Assembly: GCF_964194155.1 (NCBI RefSeq)
Contig: NC_135890.1
Coordinates: forward strand, 117,986,001-118,050,000
Direction: 5' to 3'
DNA: 64,000 nt
DNA from: Cetorhinus maximus
Taxonomy: Eukaryota
The position numbers were made by a program, and so were the translations under genes. Under the pieces are notes generated by a model that worked only from the letters and a program-made list of their open reading frames with translations, was not told the origin of the DNA and ran no database searches. Shown in pieces: positions 13,085 through 26,859 of this stretch. The stretch's first letter is position 1. Each line of letters begins with the position of its first letter.

Positions 13085-14637
13085 AATAACAGGACCCGAT
13101 GGCCTGCATCCAAGAGTTTTAAAGGAAGTGGCTGCAGAGATAATAGAGATAATTGGTTGAAATATTCCAGAACTTACTGGATTCCGGGAGGGTCCCAGCG
13201 GATTGGAAAACTGCTAATGTGACGCCCCTGTTCAAGAAGGGAGGGAGACAAAAGGCAGGAAACTATAGGCCAGTCAACCTAACATCTGTCGTTGGGAAAA
13301 TGCTAGAGTCCATTAAGGAAGAAATAACAGGACATTTAGAAAAGCTTAACTCAATCAAACAGAGTCAACATGATTTTGTGAAATGGAAATCATGTTTGAC
13401 AAATTTGCTAGAGTTCTTGAAGGATATAACAAGCAGAGTTGATAAAGGTAGATGTAGCGTATTTGAATTTCCAGAAGGCATTCAATAAGGTGCCACATAA
13501 AAGGTTATTGCACAAGATAAGAGCTCATGGTATTGGGGGTAATAGCATGGATTGAGGATTGGTTAACACACAAAAAGATAGTCAGGATTAATGGGTCTTT
13601 TTCAGGTTGGAAAGACATAACTAGTGGAGTGCCACAAGGACCAGTCCTAGGGCTTCAATTATTTACTATCTATATTAATGACTTGGAGGGGGGGCAGAAT
13701 GTAATGTATCCAAATTTGCTGATGATACAAAAATAGGTGGGAGGGCATGTTGTGATGAGGACATAAGGAACCTGCAAGGGGATATAGGTTGAGTGAGTGG
13801 GCAAAAACTTGGCAGATGGAGTTTAATGTAGGAAAGTGTGAGGTCATGCACTTTGGTAGGAAAAATCAAAAGACAGGCTATCATTTAAATGGAGAGAGAC
13901 TCCAAAAAAGTGCAGCACAGAGGGATCTGGGTGTTCTTGTGCATAAAACACAAAAAGTTAGCATGCAGGTGCAGCAAGTAATTAAGAAGGCAAATGGAAT
14001 TTTGCCCTGTGTTGCTAGGGGGTTGGAGTTTAAAAATAAGGAAGTCTCATTACAACTGTACAGGGCGTTGGTGAGGCCGCACCTGGAGTACTGTGTACGG
14101 TTTTGGTCCCCGTATTTAAGAAAGTATATACTGGCACTCGCAGTTCAAAAGAGATTCACTAGGCTGATTCCTGGGGTGAAGGGGTTGACTTATCAAGAAC
14201 GCCTAAACAGGATAAGCCTTTATTCATTAGAGTTTAGAAGAATGAGGGTTGATCTCATTAAAACGTACAAGATTCTGAGGGGGCTTTACAGGGTAGATGT
14301 TGGGAAGATGTTTCCACTAGTGGGGGAATCTTGAACTAGGGGACATAGTTACAGAATAAGGGGACACTCATTTAAAACTGAGGTGCGAAGGAATTTCTTC
14401 TCTAACAGGGTAGTGAATATCTGGAATTCTCTACTTCAGAGTTGTAGAGGCTACATCACTGAAAGTATTTAAAGAGAAGTTAGATAGATTTTTGAAATAT
14501 CAGGGAGCTGAGGGCTATGAGGAGCTGGCATGAAAGAGGAATTGAGGCCTGGGGCAGATCAGCCATCATCTTATTGAATGGTGGGGCAGGATTGAGGGGT
14601 TAAATGGCCTACTCCTGCTCCTATTTTTTATGTTCTT
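13085..14637 (+). mobile_element. CR1 LINE 3' fragment (RT and tail)
   Basis: DWKTANVTPLFKKG, NYRPVNLTSVVGK, SGVPQGPVLG, WQMEFNVGKC; tail ggcctactcctgctcctatt...tatgttctt. Confidence 0.93.
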
Positions 14638-15578
14638 CCCCTCCAGTTATTTTTTATGCCTTTTTCTGTTTCTGTTTTCCAGTAATAGTGGAATAAAGGA
14701 ATGAGAGAAATACATTTTTCACCTTCCAACTCTCTCCACACTTGCTGTCTTACCTGCAAAGATTTCTGCTCTTTTGCTACCATTTGGACTTACAATGCTA
14801 AAGATATTTCTTCAGCCAGCCTTAAGGTTACCTATTGGGAACCAGATTAAAATTGTTGACTTCTGAAAAGCCACAGAACATGGAGTATAAAAGGATTTGC
14901 ATTAGTTTGGGTGGATAGTTAGGGAAAATCGTGCGGCTTTAGCTTGGAAGTCTCCCAGGAATCTTTTAAAGCTAACACTGTAGGTTGGTAAGTGCAATAA
15001 GCCACTGAGACCAGCTTCCAATCTGTAGTCTGCTGAGTTGGCTATTCTCAGGCATTGTCTGGTTGCTCTAGGCTGACTAAGGATCAGTGTTTAGCCATGA
15101 TTCCTGCTGCTTTTTGCTACGTGATGACTGAGTTTGAAATGCACGTGTGGCCATTAAGTGAAAACCAAATTGGCCTAGAAATTGAATAGCTGGTCAATAC
15201 AGACTCATCCTGATTCATGTAAAGAATGGACAGACAAGTGAGGCATCTGTGTCTGGTGAAAGGAGCCACTACCTTGAGAGTTAAAAGGAGAAGAAGCTGC
15301 AATTTGAAAGAGTGATAAATTTAGTTTGATTCTTTTTCAGTCCTGGTTTTTTTAATATATTGATGATCTAAAACTGAGGAATGTTTTTAACCTAAATTGA
15401 GGCCTGTTGCTCCAGTATGGTTGATTTTGTATGAAACAAATTGATAAATATGAAATACCACGGTTACTTCAGACAACTGACCAAATGAAAGTACAGGTAT
15501 TGTTGTAGGATGAGCACCTGTCCATTGTTTATTTTGATGAGTGAAACACTAATTTTTGTGTTCTTTCTTTCTTTCTAG

Positions 15579-15707
15579 TTACACCTACAATGGAGCTAAG
15601 GCCTAATGTAGGTAGTGACCGGGCATGGGTCTGGAACGCACCTGCTGATTTTGCTGATGAAGAACCCAAACCTGAGCTTTTGGCTATCCGGTTCTTGAAT
15701 AAAGAAA
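15579..15707 (+). CDS. RANBP1: RANBP1 exon 4
   Basis: [42 protein letters not shown]; AG/GTAAGT; 129 nt. Confidence 0.98.
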
Positions 15708-18385
15708 GTAAGTATTTAGATAGGAAATTAACCATCTACAGGCATGACTTTTATTTCCTTAAACAGCACAGATAAAATTATACATTTAACCAGGATTAAA
15801 TGGCCTGTTGTATCTTCTACAGTAGGAGTTCTGTCTTGTAATTTGTAACCAGCCCTGACTGTCCAAATTAAAATCAGGCTTCCCTTTATGTGAAATTGCA
15901 TTTGTCACCTGTTTCTTTTGCGTTATTTGTGTGTGTAGAATAATTTAAATTTTTGACAAGAGGTTTAATTTTCTTGGTAAAAGTGCAGTTCAGGTAAAAT
16001 ATACAAAGTCTGCTGGGCAAACATTGGGCACGTGCTCCTGATATATTCCTGCTGATGGAACCCACACACAGCTGTGACGATTTCGCATGCAGAAATGCAG
16101 TCTGATGAACAAGCGCCCCTCCTGTGCCTCTTTCACTCCCCCCACCCCCATCCTTTCTCTTTTCCCTTTCTTCCTTCCAAATCTCTTCCCATTGACTCCT
16201 TCCTTTTTAACATTGCTTTGGCTGGAAAATTCAAATTAGTTTTGACCAACACATGTAATACTGCAGAAGATCAATTATTATGTTTAAAATGGTGTTTAGC
16301 TCGCAAAATTCCATTTCAAGATGCATTGAAAATTTGTCAAACTCTGCCTATGGAAAAATATCCTAAAAATTGTTGGCATTTACCTGTCGTTGGTAAATTA
16401 CATTTACTATATTACATCTTTCATAGTAACATTGGATGCAAAGTCCTTTACTAGTACTGAGCTTAAGCTGGAGTCTGTATGCAATGTGAATATAAATCCA
16501 CTGGGTGGCAGTAGAAGAATGTTAAGAGAGTAAGATTAAAATGTGGACAAAAGTTAAACATGTAGAATTAAAATCAGGGAACACTTAAAAAGCCTTTTAA
16601 TTGAAGCCTGAAATACAAACCATTTTAACTCGTGAGTAAAATTCTACACACTTGCCTCTCAGGCCATGGATCGTCTTCTAATTCTTGTGTTGAATTACCA
16701 ACCTGGAGGTCGTGAGTTCAAATCCCATCGTGGCTGCTTGTGATCTGAATTTTTAAAATATGGTAACTTGTAGGCCTGCATCAGGAAAAAAAAACCATGA
16801 AAATGTCTGGATTTTCATAAAAGCACAACTGGATCACTAATATCCTTCAGGAAAGGGAACCTTTCCCTGCTTGGCCTGATCAACATGTGATTCCATCACT
16901 AAAAACAGGCAGTTGCTTAAATTCTCAGTGACAGCCTTCCATCTTGCAAGATGGTGGTTTGCAACCTAGTGGACAACCATGTGTTAACCATCGCCTAGCG
17001 TGACTCAGGAGCCTGACTCTGGCATGGCAGTCTCTGCTGCATTTGCTGCAGAGGAAGGCGGTGCTTAACGCTTAAATTAGCCATAAAGGATTAATTATTG
17101 CCCATTTGCACTAATGTCAATATAGAGTTGTCAGTTGTAACATCTTAAGTACCCTGTTTATTTTGGGCTGTGTTTACTCATTCGTTTTCACCTTGTAGAT
17201 ATAGTAATGAATTTGAACTAAGATTTATCTCAGCTGTAAACTGATTTCAGATTCAAAATTAATATTAATATACAGAACCCTGCTGCATATACATGGTGGG
17301 TGGTAAATGCATCAGACTCCCTAATCCTTTTCACGCCCATCACACATTTTCAGTTGCACCCTCTTTTTGAGGGGAAAGCCCTAACCAGAAAAAAATCTAA
17401 TGATAGTGCCAATACCTGCTTAAAGATAAAACCAAAGATAATCAGAAGCAGCTTTTATGTTTATTAAACAGTGTGCTGAAATTCTGCGACCTATTCCAAG
17501 AACTCTTAAATGTTGGTTACTAAGTTTTCATTTGCTTTATTCAATGCACCACATAAAACATACATAAAACAAATGTAAGTTAACCGGCACCAGGCACAGA
17601 CATAGGAGCCAATGTTAAATGCATACAGCACTCCAGTCATGTACTCATATCAGGCTGCACATTATACTGCTCATAGCAGGCAAATTGCTTATGCACAAAT
17701 GCGCCTGCAATAAGTGGGTGGGACTGTATCCCAAAAGCAGTTTTTCCAAAATGCTGCAAGAATCTAGACCACACCCAGTCTGGCATATGCATGTGCTTCA
17801 ATCAAATCCCACTGCTATAGGTTTTGACAAGCTGATGCAGCATACTGATTGGAGAAGGCAGAGGCTGATGTCAGCCTGTCAAAAACTCCAACTGCACTAG
17901 AAGTTCACGACTCAGTTTAGGGGAAGTGACCTCTCCATCACTGGCAGGAGGGTGTAATTAATCATGACTAATTTACTTAAGTAGTTTCTATTATAAATGT
18001 GGGCATAGGATTTTATAAAGACAAAATGTATGATTTTAAAATGGGACCTCACCCACTTATTCCCGGACCTCCATCCTTTCTTAACCCAGAAACCACGCTT
18101 GGCCCTGACTCTCCTATGCATTATTATGACAGAATGATTACTACCTTTTAACATTGTCCAAATTCTGCCAGATTTCAATAACTGAACATGATGTACTTCT
18201 GCTCCATGAGCATTACTCATTGTAATGAAATTGCTGCAGAACATTAGATTGGTCTTTATGCTTGTAAAATGTGTGCCATATTCTGGTTAATTAAATTGCT
18301 TATGTGTTTGGAGTGCATCTCAGTTTAATGTGAAGAAAAAATTATTCTTGTAACTAAATTATCAATATTTTTCACTCCTTTTTAG

Positions 18386-18442
18386 ATGCACAGAAGTTTA
18401 AGGCAAAGTTTGAAGAATGCAAGGAGAAGATGAAACTAAAAG
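18386..18442 (+). CDS. RANBP1: RANBP1 exon 5
   Basis: (N)AQKFKAKFEECKEKMKLK; tttag acceptor, GTGAGA donor; 57 nt; phases consistent. Confidence 0.95.
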
Positions 18443-18491
18443 GTGAGACACCTTATTCACTCTAACTTGCAACATATTAAAAATATAAAAA

Positions 18492-20533
18492 TAGGGGTCT
18501 GTTCAATTTGCAATCTCTGAGATTTCATGGAAATCATGAAAAACTGGATTGTCTGCCAAATTAACCTCCAAGTAGTCAAAATAAAATGTTAACAAAGCTT
18601 GTTTTAAAACTTTTTGGTCACTGTGATGCAAAAACACTTCCTTCTTTCTGATAATTAAATCCAGTTGTTAACTTGGGTGAATGTGTGTATACTAAAGCAC
18701 TGGTGACATCAGTTTGGTTGAAAACATACAATAATTTAGGCATTAGTTAAAGTGACATCAAGACAACAGACAAATCAAATAAGTTTCAGCTCAGGATCAT
18801 GTGAAGCAGGAGCCTTGTATGCAGAAGGCCATAAATTGTTTGCAAGACAAATCTTGATTGATCGCCGTGTTGCTTCAGAATTACGTAGTAAATGCAAGTC
18901 CACCGAGGAAGCTCCTGACCTGAACAAAAAGCAAGTGGTGGAGAGCTCATTGTTTAAAGGAGCAACTGAAAGCAGTTCAGCAAGAAGAGAAGTAATGTTT
19001 GAGTTCATGGAGGCTTTCACTGCTGCCAATGCAAATGCTGCAAGTTTTCCATGTGCAAACGAACATTGTCAGGATTATTTACCAGAAGTAATTGCTTCGC
19101 ATGTCAACCCTGTTAAATCAGCACTGGCAGAATGCGATTCAGTTTCAATCGTAGCCAATGAAACAACAGATGCACAGGATAACTATACACTCCACATTTT
19201 ATTTGTACCTGGCAGGTGGAAAGATGAGGACATGCCTTTGTTTCTAACAGAGCCTGTTCAGCTTGAGTCTGTAAATTTCTCAACGGTAGCACAATTCATA
19301 GTAAAAACTGTTGTAAACTATGGCTTAGGATTCAATAAAGTCTCTGCATTTATCTCTGACAATGTAATGTACATGAACAAAGCTTTTTCCGATGTGCTAC
19401 AAGGAATTATGCCAAATGCAATTCACGTTACCTGCAATGCACAGATTCTTTCCTTGGCTAGTGATGTCTGGTGCACAAGTTTCCCTGATGTGGATATCCT
19501 GGTTTCTTCATTTTAAAAAAATTTAAGTATTGTCCAAGCCGAAAGTTACGATACCGGGAGTCAATTGCCACTCAAAGTGACAACATACCTACAGCAGTGT
19601 TGCTTCCACCAGAACCAGTGATTATAAAGTGGAATTCATGGTTTAATGCAGTTAGTTACCATGCAGAGAATATACAGTGCTACCAGCAATTTGTGTCTGA
19701 TGAGCTTGAAATCACACCAGGCACACGCTCCTTGCTTAAACTCCATGATCTTTTAAAACACAGTGATGTTGAAGACCAAGTGAAATTTGTGGCTGAGAAT
19801 GCAAGGAGGTTTAAGCAGCTTCTGACTTGTTTTGAAAAACGGACGGTTTCTATTCACCAGATATACAACAAAGTTATCGATCTGATAAGTTGGGCTGAGG
19901 ATATGGCAGTGCGACAACTTTCAGGCTGCCAAGCTGAAAACAGCCGCAGGCAAGAAGTGTTTCAGTCAATAGCAGCAAAGTTAAATCAATATTACAGTTA
20001 CAATCCATTAAAACCACCTCAATTTAAACAACCTGCTGCCTACTTTTTTAGTGCTGTTCGCATTTTTGACCCACGTCAGGCATCTTCTCTGCAGCTTGAG
20101 CCGAATCTAATTAAAGCAATACCTGGTTGGCAGAAAAAGCATGATGGTGAATGTGCTGCTTACATGAGCTTTGTTAAAGAATGCCAGATGCCATTAAAAG
20201 TGACTGAGTTTTGGGACACTGTTTCCAACCGGTTTCCTTATCTCCACAAGTTGGCAAAACACTGCCTTACAATTCCAGTCAATTCTGTGAATGCAGAATT
20301 TCACTGTGCAGTCAAGTATTTACACCCCAGAGACACAGCATGTCAACTGCAACAGCTGGTGGATGCTGCGTCCTGACATTGAACAAATAAGACAATTCAT
20401 TTTATGGAGGTAAGCATAAATGTGTATTTCAAAGCTTTGGAGGTAATACAACATGGATGAACTATATTATAATGTATGAATACAGCCATGAAATGTAGGA
20501 AAATTTTGCTGTTTATGCCATGGCAGACTACTT
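18492..20533 (+). mobile_element. hAT-superfamily (CGGBP1/hAT19-like) DNA transposon, transposase broken
   Basis: ORFs 18752-19516 and 19597-20376 carry ANETTD (DETTD), FISDN..YM.KAF, HVTCNAQ (CxxH), LPPEPVIIKWNSW, FWD..FPYL.KLA and NSVNAE. Degenerate ends taggggtctg / cagactactta. Confidence 0.8.
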
Positions 20534-20832
20534 ATAAGCAATTATAAATAAAACATGGTAAGATTTAAAGAAAACAATAATTAAGAATGTCAGTAGTTTG
20601 AATTAAGCTGAGTATGGAGCCTATGTAAGTGATATCAAATAATAGGTCCTTTAACAGGTTTATCATACTATAATCCTATCATTCAAAACTTTGTATGGGT
20701 ATGCTATATTATCTCTGATAGTTTGCATGGTGCACTGCGCAAACTATCCATTGGTAAGATCAAAAACACAACTTGCATACAGAAAAACACCCTGACTTAC
20801 ATTTTGCATGACTATGTTTACTATTGTCAATT

Positions 20833-21475
20833 ATAGGAACATTCGGCCCTTCGAGCCTGCTACACCATTTGATAAGATTATGGCTGATCTGGCTGTGGTC
20901 TTGGCTCTACTTTTCCTGTCTGACCCCCATAACCCTTGACTCCCTTGTCTATCAAAGATCTATCTAACTCAAACTTGAATAAATTCAATGACCCTGCTTT
21001 CTGGGGAAGATAATTCCACAGACTAACAGCCCTCTGAGAGAAAGAAAGTCTAATTTCCATCTTAAAAAGGGAGACCTCTTATTCTTATTCTGCCCCCTAG
21101 CTCTAGTCCTTCCCCCCCGCCCACAAGAGGAAACATCCTCCCGGTGTCCACTCTATCAAGTTCCCTCAGGATCTTATGTTTCAATAAGATCACCTCTCAA
21201 TCTAAACTCAAATGGGTATAGGCCCAACCTGTTCACTCTTTCTTCGTAAGATAAGCCCTTCACCCCAAAAATGAGTTGAGTGAACGTTCTCTGAACTGCT
21301 TCTGAGTGCATTTATATCCTTCTTCAAATAAGGGGGACCAAAACTGTACACCGTATTCCAGGCGTGGTCTTGCCAAGGCCTCATACAGCTGCAGTAAAAC
21401 TTCCCTACTTCTATATTCCATTCCCCTTGCAGTAAACGTGAACTTTCCATTTGCCTTCCTAATCACTTGCTGTAA
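20833..21475 (-). mobile_element. CR1 LINE 3' fragment
   Basis: Minus ORFs EVLLQLYEALARPRLEYGVQFWSP and FSQRAVSLWNYLPQKA. Confidence 0.88.
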
Positions 21476-22052
21476 CCAAAGAATAATGTTAATGCTTTTA
21501 AATAGTGCAGTCCAGAGATTCCCTTATAGCTTGACTACAGAGGAACAATTTATTGGATGCTTACAATTTTTGTAAGACTTTTTTTTTCCCTCCAGTATTT
21601 AAAGTATAGTTGTCGGTTTGCAAGTGGGGAGTATTTTTATTTCTCCCTCTTCCCCACTTTGCCCTCTATAGATTTATGGTTGATGAGAGGTTGATCTAGA
21701 GAAAACATGGGGGACAAGTTTGCAATTCCTTCCTTATGTTGCTGTTGATGCATCATATTCTTTAATTGCTTTGTTTGTCTTGCAAGTTAAAGAAATACTC
21801 CATTTTGGAGTACCTATCATGTCCTCGGGATATCCCACGGCACTTTACAGCCAGTGACATTTTTGCTTTAATTCATTAACAGGATGTGGGCATCACTAGC
21901 CAGTGCAGCATTTATGGCCCATTAATAGTTGCACTTGAGAAGGTGGTGGTGAGCTGCCTCCTTAAGCCACTACATTAGAATCATAGCTTTTCATAGTGGT
22001 TTTAATACAACTGAGTGATTTCGGTAAGTCACTTCAGAAGGCAGTCAACCAT

Positions 22053-22428
22053 GGGGAGCCGGTGGCGTAGTGGTATTGTTACCAGACCAGAAATCCAGAC
22101 ACCCAGCGTAGTGCTCTTGGGGCCTGAGTTCAAATCCCACCATGGTGCAAATGGTGGAATTTGAATTCAATATATATATATATTTTAAAAATCTGGAATT
22201 TAAAGTCTAATGATGACCATAAAACCATTGCCGATTGTTGTAAAAACCTTTCTGGTTCACTAATGCCCTTCCTTTAGCCTACATGTGACTCCAGATCCAC
22301 AGCAATTTGGAACTCTTAAATGCCCTCTGAAATGGCCTAGCAAGCCACTCAGTTCTCAAGGGCAATTAGGGGTGGGTAATGCTGGCCTTGCCAGCGACAC
22401 CCCCATCCCATGAACAAATAAAAAAAAC
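22053..22428 (+). mobile_element. HE1-type SINE, full length
   Basis: tRNA head ggtggcgtagtgg...gagttcaaatccc, shared body, and LINE-type tail ccatcccatgaacaaataaaaaaa. Confidence 0.88.
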
Positions 22429-22507
22429 TTGTGCGGTGGGTCTGGGGTCATTTATAGGCCAGACCAGGTTCCTAAAGGTTAGTGAACCAATGGGGTTTTT
22501 AATGATG

Positions 22508-22699
22508 GAGAGGAAGACAGAGTTAACGTATCGAGTCCGTATGACTCTTCATCAGAACATCTGATGAAGAGTCATAAAGACTCGATAAGCTAACTCTGTC
22601 TTCCTCTCCACAGATGCTGTCAGACCTGCTGAGTTTTTCCAGCAATTTTTGTTTTTGTTTCAGATTTCCAGCATCCGCAGTATTTTGCTTTTATCTTAA
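22508..22699. mobile_element. Head-to-head Penelope pLTR insertion with 14-bp TSD
   Basis: Inverted arms of about 51 bp (22506-22556 / 22560-22610). TSD ggtttttaatgatg / ggtttttagtgatg. Confidence 0.75.
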
Positions 22700-23076
22700 G
22701 GTTTTTAGTGATGATTAGTTCCACAGTCACCATTATTAATACTGTTTATTCCAGATTTGTTTAATAACTGATTTTAAATTTCAGTTTAAATTTTTAAACT
22801 GCCATGGTGGGCTTTGAACCTGCACTTTGATTAGTAACAATCACCATACCAAAACTTAACAGTAACAATACTTCAATAGTATGTAGACAAATGTGGTAGC
22901 CAGTTTGCATACTACGAAGTCCCATGAACAGAAAGGAGATAATTGACCATATAATCTGTTTTAGTGGTTAGCTGAGGAACTGTTGTTGGCCAGGATACAG
23001 GGAGATCTCCCACTTGTTTTAAATAGATTTCACGAAGACTTTTGACACTCATTTCACTGTCTGTTTTTTTTATCAG

Positions 23077-23210
23077 ATGACAATGAAAGTGCAGATAAAG
23101 TTGCTGAAAAGCTAGAGGAGCTATCCGTTAAGGAAGATAAAAAAGAATCCACCAAAGAGGAAGAATGCGAGAAGAAAGAAGTGACCAGTGAAAAAACTGA
23201 AGCAAATTAA
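23077..23210 (+). CDS. RANBP1: RANBP1 exon 6 (nuclear export signal, stop codon)
   Basis: (D)DNESADKVAEKLEELSVKEDKKE...EAN*. KVAEKLEELSV matches the RanBP1 NES. The six exons total 630 nt, i.e. 209 aa plus stop. Confidence 0.95.
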
Positions 23211-24452
23211 ATAATCCTGGTCCTTGTTTCCCTTTTCCTTTTTTTTACAGCAGACTGTAATGAACTGGATTTGGACACAGAGGAGCCCTTTTCTAGGCTT
23301 TTGTCCTGTGGTCCCAAATTGGTTATGAAGATATAGTACCTTCACAGAGTGTCATTCCTCAGTCATCAACCACCGTAAATGTGCTATTGTATTCCTTTGA
23401 AACTTTAGGAGTGTTAACTACTGCCTTATCTATTTACAGTCTTCTGAGAGAATAATTTAATTCTGTTGCTTTAATTCCTGAAAATTGGTGATTATAACAT
23501 GCTTTACTGTATATGACTTGACCTTTTTTTAAATTTCTTTTTTTCTGTGAATAAGACTCCAAATGTCAGAATTCCCACATTGGGTAGGACTTGGTTTATA
23601 ACTAAATTAAATTCAGTTAAGTTGTATATGAGAAAACTTAGTTTTTTTTATATATTTTTGCCCTACAGTGTTTCTGGATGGGTCAAGTATGACAAAAGTT
23701 GGAAGATTGCATTTAAAATTTTTTTTAAACTTTTACTGTAGATTCCCCTCCCCCTGTCTAAGTTGGTTAACTTAGTAACTGACAGATTACACAATAGAAA
23801 GATTAGTGGTAAGTTCATTGTGGATTTAAGTGAAGTTTTATTCCGTAAACTCTTTGGACCTTGAGGAGGAGGAAGAGACAAAATTTCTGTTGCAAATTGG
23901 CAGTGCTTGGCTAGAATATTGTGATGAGGAAACTATCAAGTAATGGTGGACTGGTACAGCTCCAGTCTGTTGGTCTCGTCTCTCATTCCCCCTTGGTTCC
24001 CCCAGAACAATTGTGAGCCAGTACAGGTCCACATACATTGCTATCAAATTACACATAAGATCTTGTACTGAAACTGAATACTGTCTGTGACGGTACCATC
24101 AAGATGCATGAATAATGCATGTAAGAGAGAGGTGGTGATAGTTTCACAGTGGGCCGTTTTGATTTTCTGCTGGCTACAGCTGTACTGCTGCTTATGGCAG
24201 TATTTATGTTTGTAGCAGTGTGATATTTAGCATGTATACAATTAGTTACATTGACATTACCTACAGAAAGGGTCACTCAATTTGAGAGAGAAAAGTTCTG
24301 ATAATTTGCACATGCTTGCCACGGACCACAAACATTTGCGAATAATCTTGTTTTCTGTTGGAATGAACAAACCATCTTGATCTACTGTTTTGTAATTGGG
24401 AAACTTATAAAATGGAACTGTTGAAAATTGAAAGTCTCGTTAGGAAATTTGC

Positions 24453-24458
24453 AATAAA
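24453..24458 (+). terminator. Candidate RANBP1 polyadenylation signal AATAAA
   Basis: AATAAA about 1.25 kb after the stop, at the end of a repeat-poor, AT-rich UTR-like stretch. Confidence 0.5.
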
Positions 24459-25719
24459 GATTTTTGCAAACGGCATGCAGTGAAGAGAAGTTGTTTTCTT
24501 GGCATCAACTATGTTTAGATTGCACTTCATCACTAGATCGTTTGATGTATGTCTGAGATTCGTTTCCGAATCATTGGTGTATTGTGCAGTATCCAGTTTG
24601 CCTTCATTGTGCAGCTGTGCTTTCTGCAATTCTCCCCAAACCTTCTGCCTAGCTTCATCTCCTCCCATTTTCCAAAATCTTCTGAGCTTAAAATTATTCA
24701 AATATTTGCTAAGCAACCAATTTGACTTCTCCAACTCCCCCATGAAATGCTTCTGGATATTCCATTACATGCTTACAATGTACAGTTGTAAGTTGATGAA
24801 TTGAGTCCTTGGAATATAAGTGCCTTTTGCTACAAATTTGCAAGTCAATTTTAAATCCAGCCAGACAATTTTTCATTAATAGCGTGCATTTTTATTCTCA
24901 TTTAAAATGCCCTTCAAGTAATTGATGGTGAACAATTACACTAATGGGTACAAACAATAATAGTCTGCCTGGAATGTATTCTTCAGTATCTCCTGCAAAG
25001 TTTTCATGGATCTTCCTACAAATGTGACTCATTTGTGGCTTTTAATACCTGGTTCCACAGGTACCAGTACCTTAACCACGTGACCATTCTTGATAAGTGA
25101 GTCTGCACAATGAACTACATGTTCTGTTCAACTACGAGGTGGCATTGTAGTTGAACCTATACCTGACTTTGTTCAACGTCCTGAACATTTTCCAGCAGCA
25201 ATCACTGGATAGACATCAGGCCTAGAAATTCTTGCCTATTTTGTCCTATCCACCACCCTAATCACAAATCATTGCTGTACTGACCAACAACCAACTTGGA
25301 CACACCAACAATCATACCTGAGTTTTTCTCGATCTCCAGACAGGACAGTATATTTAACGATTGGCCATAGGGAGCCCAGTGTCTCCCTTTTATGAATGAA
25401 TACTAGTACAGAATGGGTGGTGGGGATGAAGAGTGCAGTGGGATACTAAATTTTAACATTGGGTAAGACCCTGATGGCAAGTGTCCTAAGAGTTTTTATT
25501 TATTCCTGGAATGTGGGACAAAAATGTTCATTTAAAATCCGAATATGTCTGAACCACAAGAATTTTTATATGCCTGCAATACTGGCTACTTCCAGACTAA
25601 GCTACAAGTTCCTGCTCTTTCCTCCATGTCCAATATCTCAATGGACTAAAGAGAAGCTATTTTTATACCTGTTTGCCCTACACTGGCTCTCAGTTTGATA
25701 ATGTCTGTTTTCAATTTTC

Positions 25720-26080
25720 ATCCTTGGGTTCAAATTCATCTATGGCCTTGCCTCCCTATTTCCTAACCACCTCCAGCCTTGCAAATCCCGATATCTCTGC
25801 ACAACTCCAATTCTGGCCTCTTGTGCATCCCTGTTTTTCATCATGTTAACCATTGGTGACCATACCGTTAGCTGCCTAAGACCTAAGCTCTGGAATTCCC
25901 TCCCTCAAACATCTCTACCTCTCATTCCTTAAGACACTCCTTAAAATGTACTTCTTTGACCATGCTTTTTGTCGTCTGCCCCAATATCCCTTCACATGGC
26001 TCAGTGTCAAATCTTTTTTTTTTTGTCTGGTAATGCTTCTCTGAAGTGCCTTGGGATGCTTTGCATTAATCGCAGGTTGT
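25720..26080 (+). mobile_element. L2 LINE 3' fragment
   Basis: cctaagctctggaattccctccct...ctctttgaccatgcttttt...ccttgggatg tail, shared with 54400-54760 and, in reverse, 40100 and 57900. Confidence 0.7.
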
Positions 26081-26859
26081 TGTAATATATCTGAGTGATA
26101 TGCACTTCGACAGCGAACACAAAATAATTGTGGATGTGGAAGAGCATTCAGCCCCATTTTAACTCATCCATAGGCGTCCCCCATTGCAACATCTGAATGC
26201 TTGTTAAATGGTTTCTACCTTCACTACATCTGGAAATCTAATCCATACACTGATCACTTTGAAGGATTTGATAAGTCTAAATTTTACCTTTATTGATTTA
26301 AACTAAATATGCCCATGCACTCTGAAATTTAATTTATCTTTTTCATTCTCTTAACTATTTCAGTTGCCTCTTTCAAATTACCAAATGGATTTATGCTTTT
26401 CCAGCTGAAAAAAAAACAAATTTCCAGTATTCCTTAATTCTTCAGATTTTCAATATTAGGGATCAGTCTCAGTTCCCTTATGGTTTGCCTCCAATGCTTC
26501 AGTACCTCCCTTTTATTTCAACAACTTGTATTGGATGTTGTACTTGAAGTGTGGCTTGACCAGAACGATGTGCTGTTTGATCATTACTTATTTTGAGTAT
26601 CATCTTAACTTTTGTTGATTGCTGCTCTGCGCTGTTTGGACACTGCTGATTGCTAGGATAAGCCCAGTAACTACAGGCCTGTCAGTTTAATCTCTGCAGT
26701 GGAGAAGCTTTTAAAAACTATAATTTGGGACAAAATTAATAGTCGCTTGGGCAAGTGCAGGTAAATTAAGAAAGCATGAATAAGTTAAGTGTCAATCATG
26801 TTTTTTAGCTTGGAGTTTTTTGGGGTAACATGGTTGATGAGGGTAATGCTGTTGATGTG

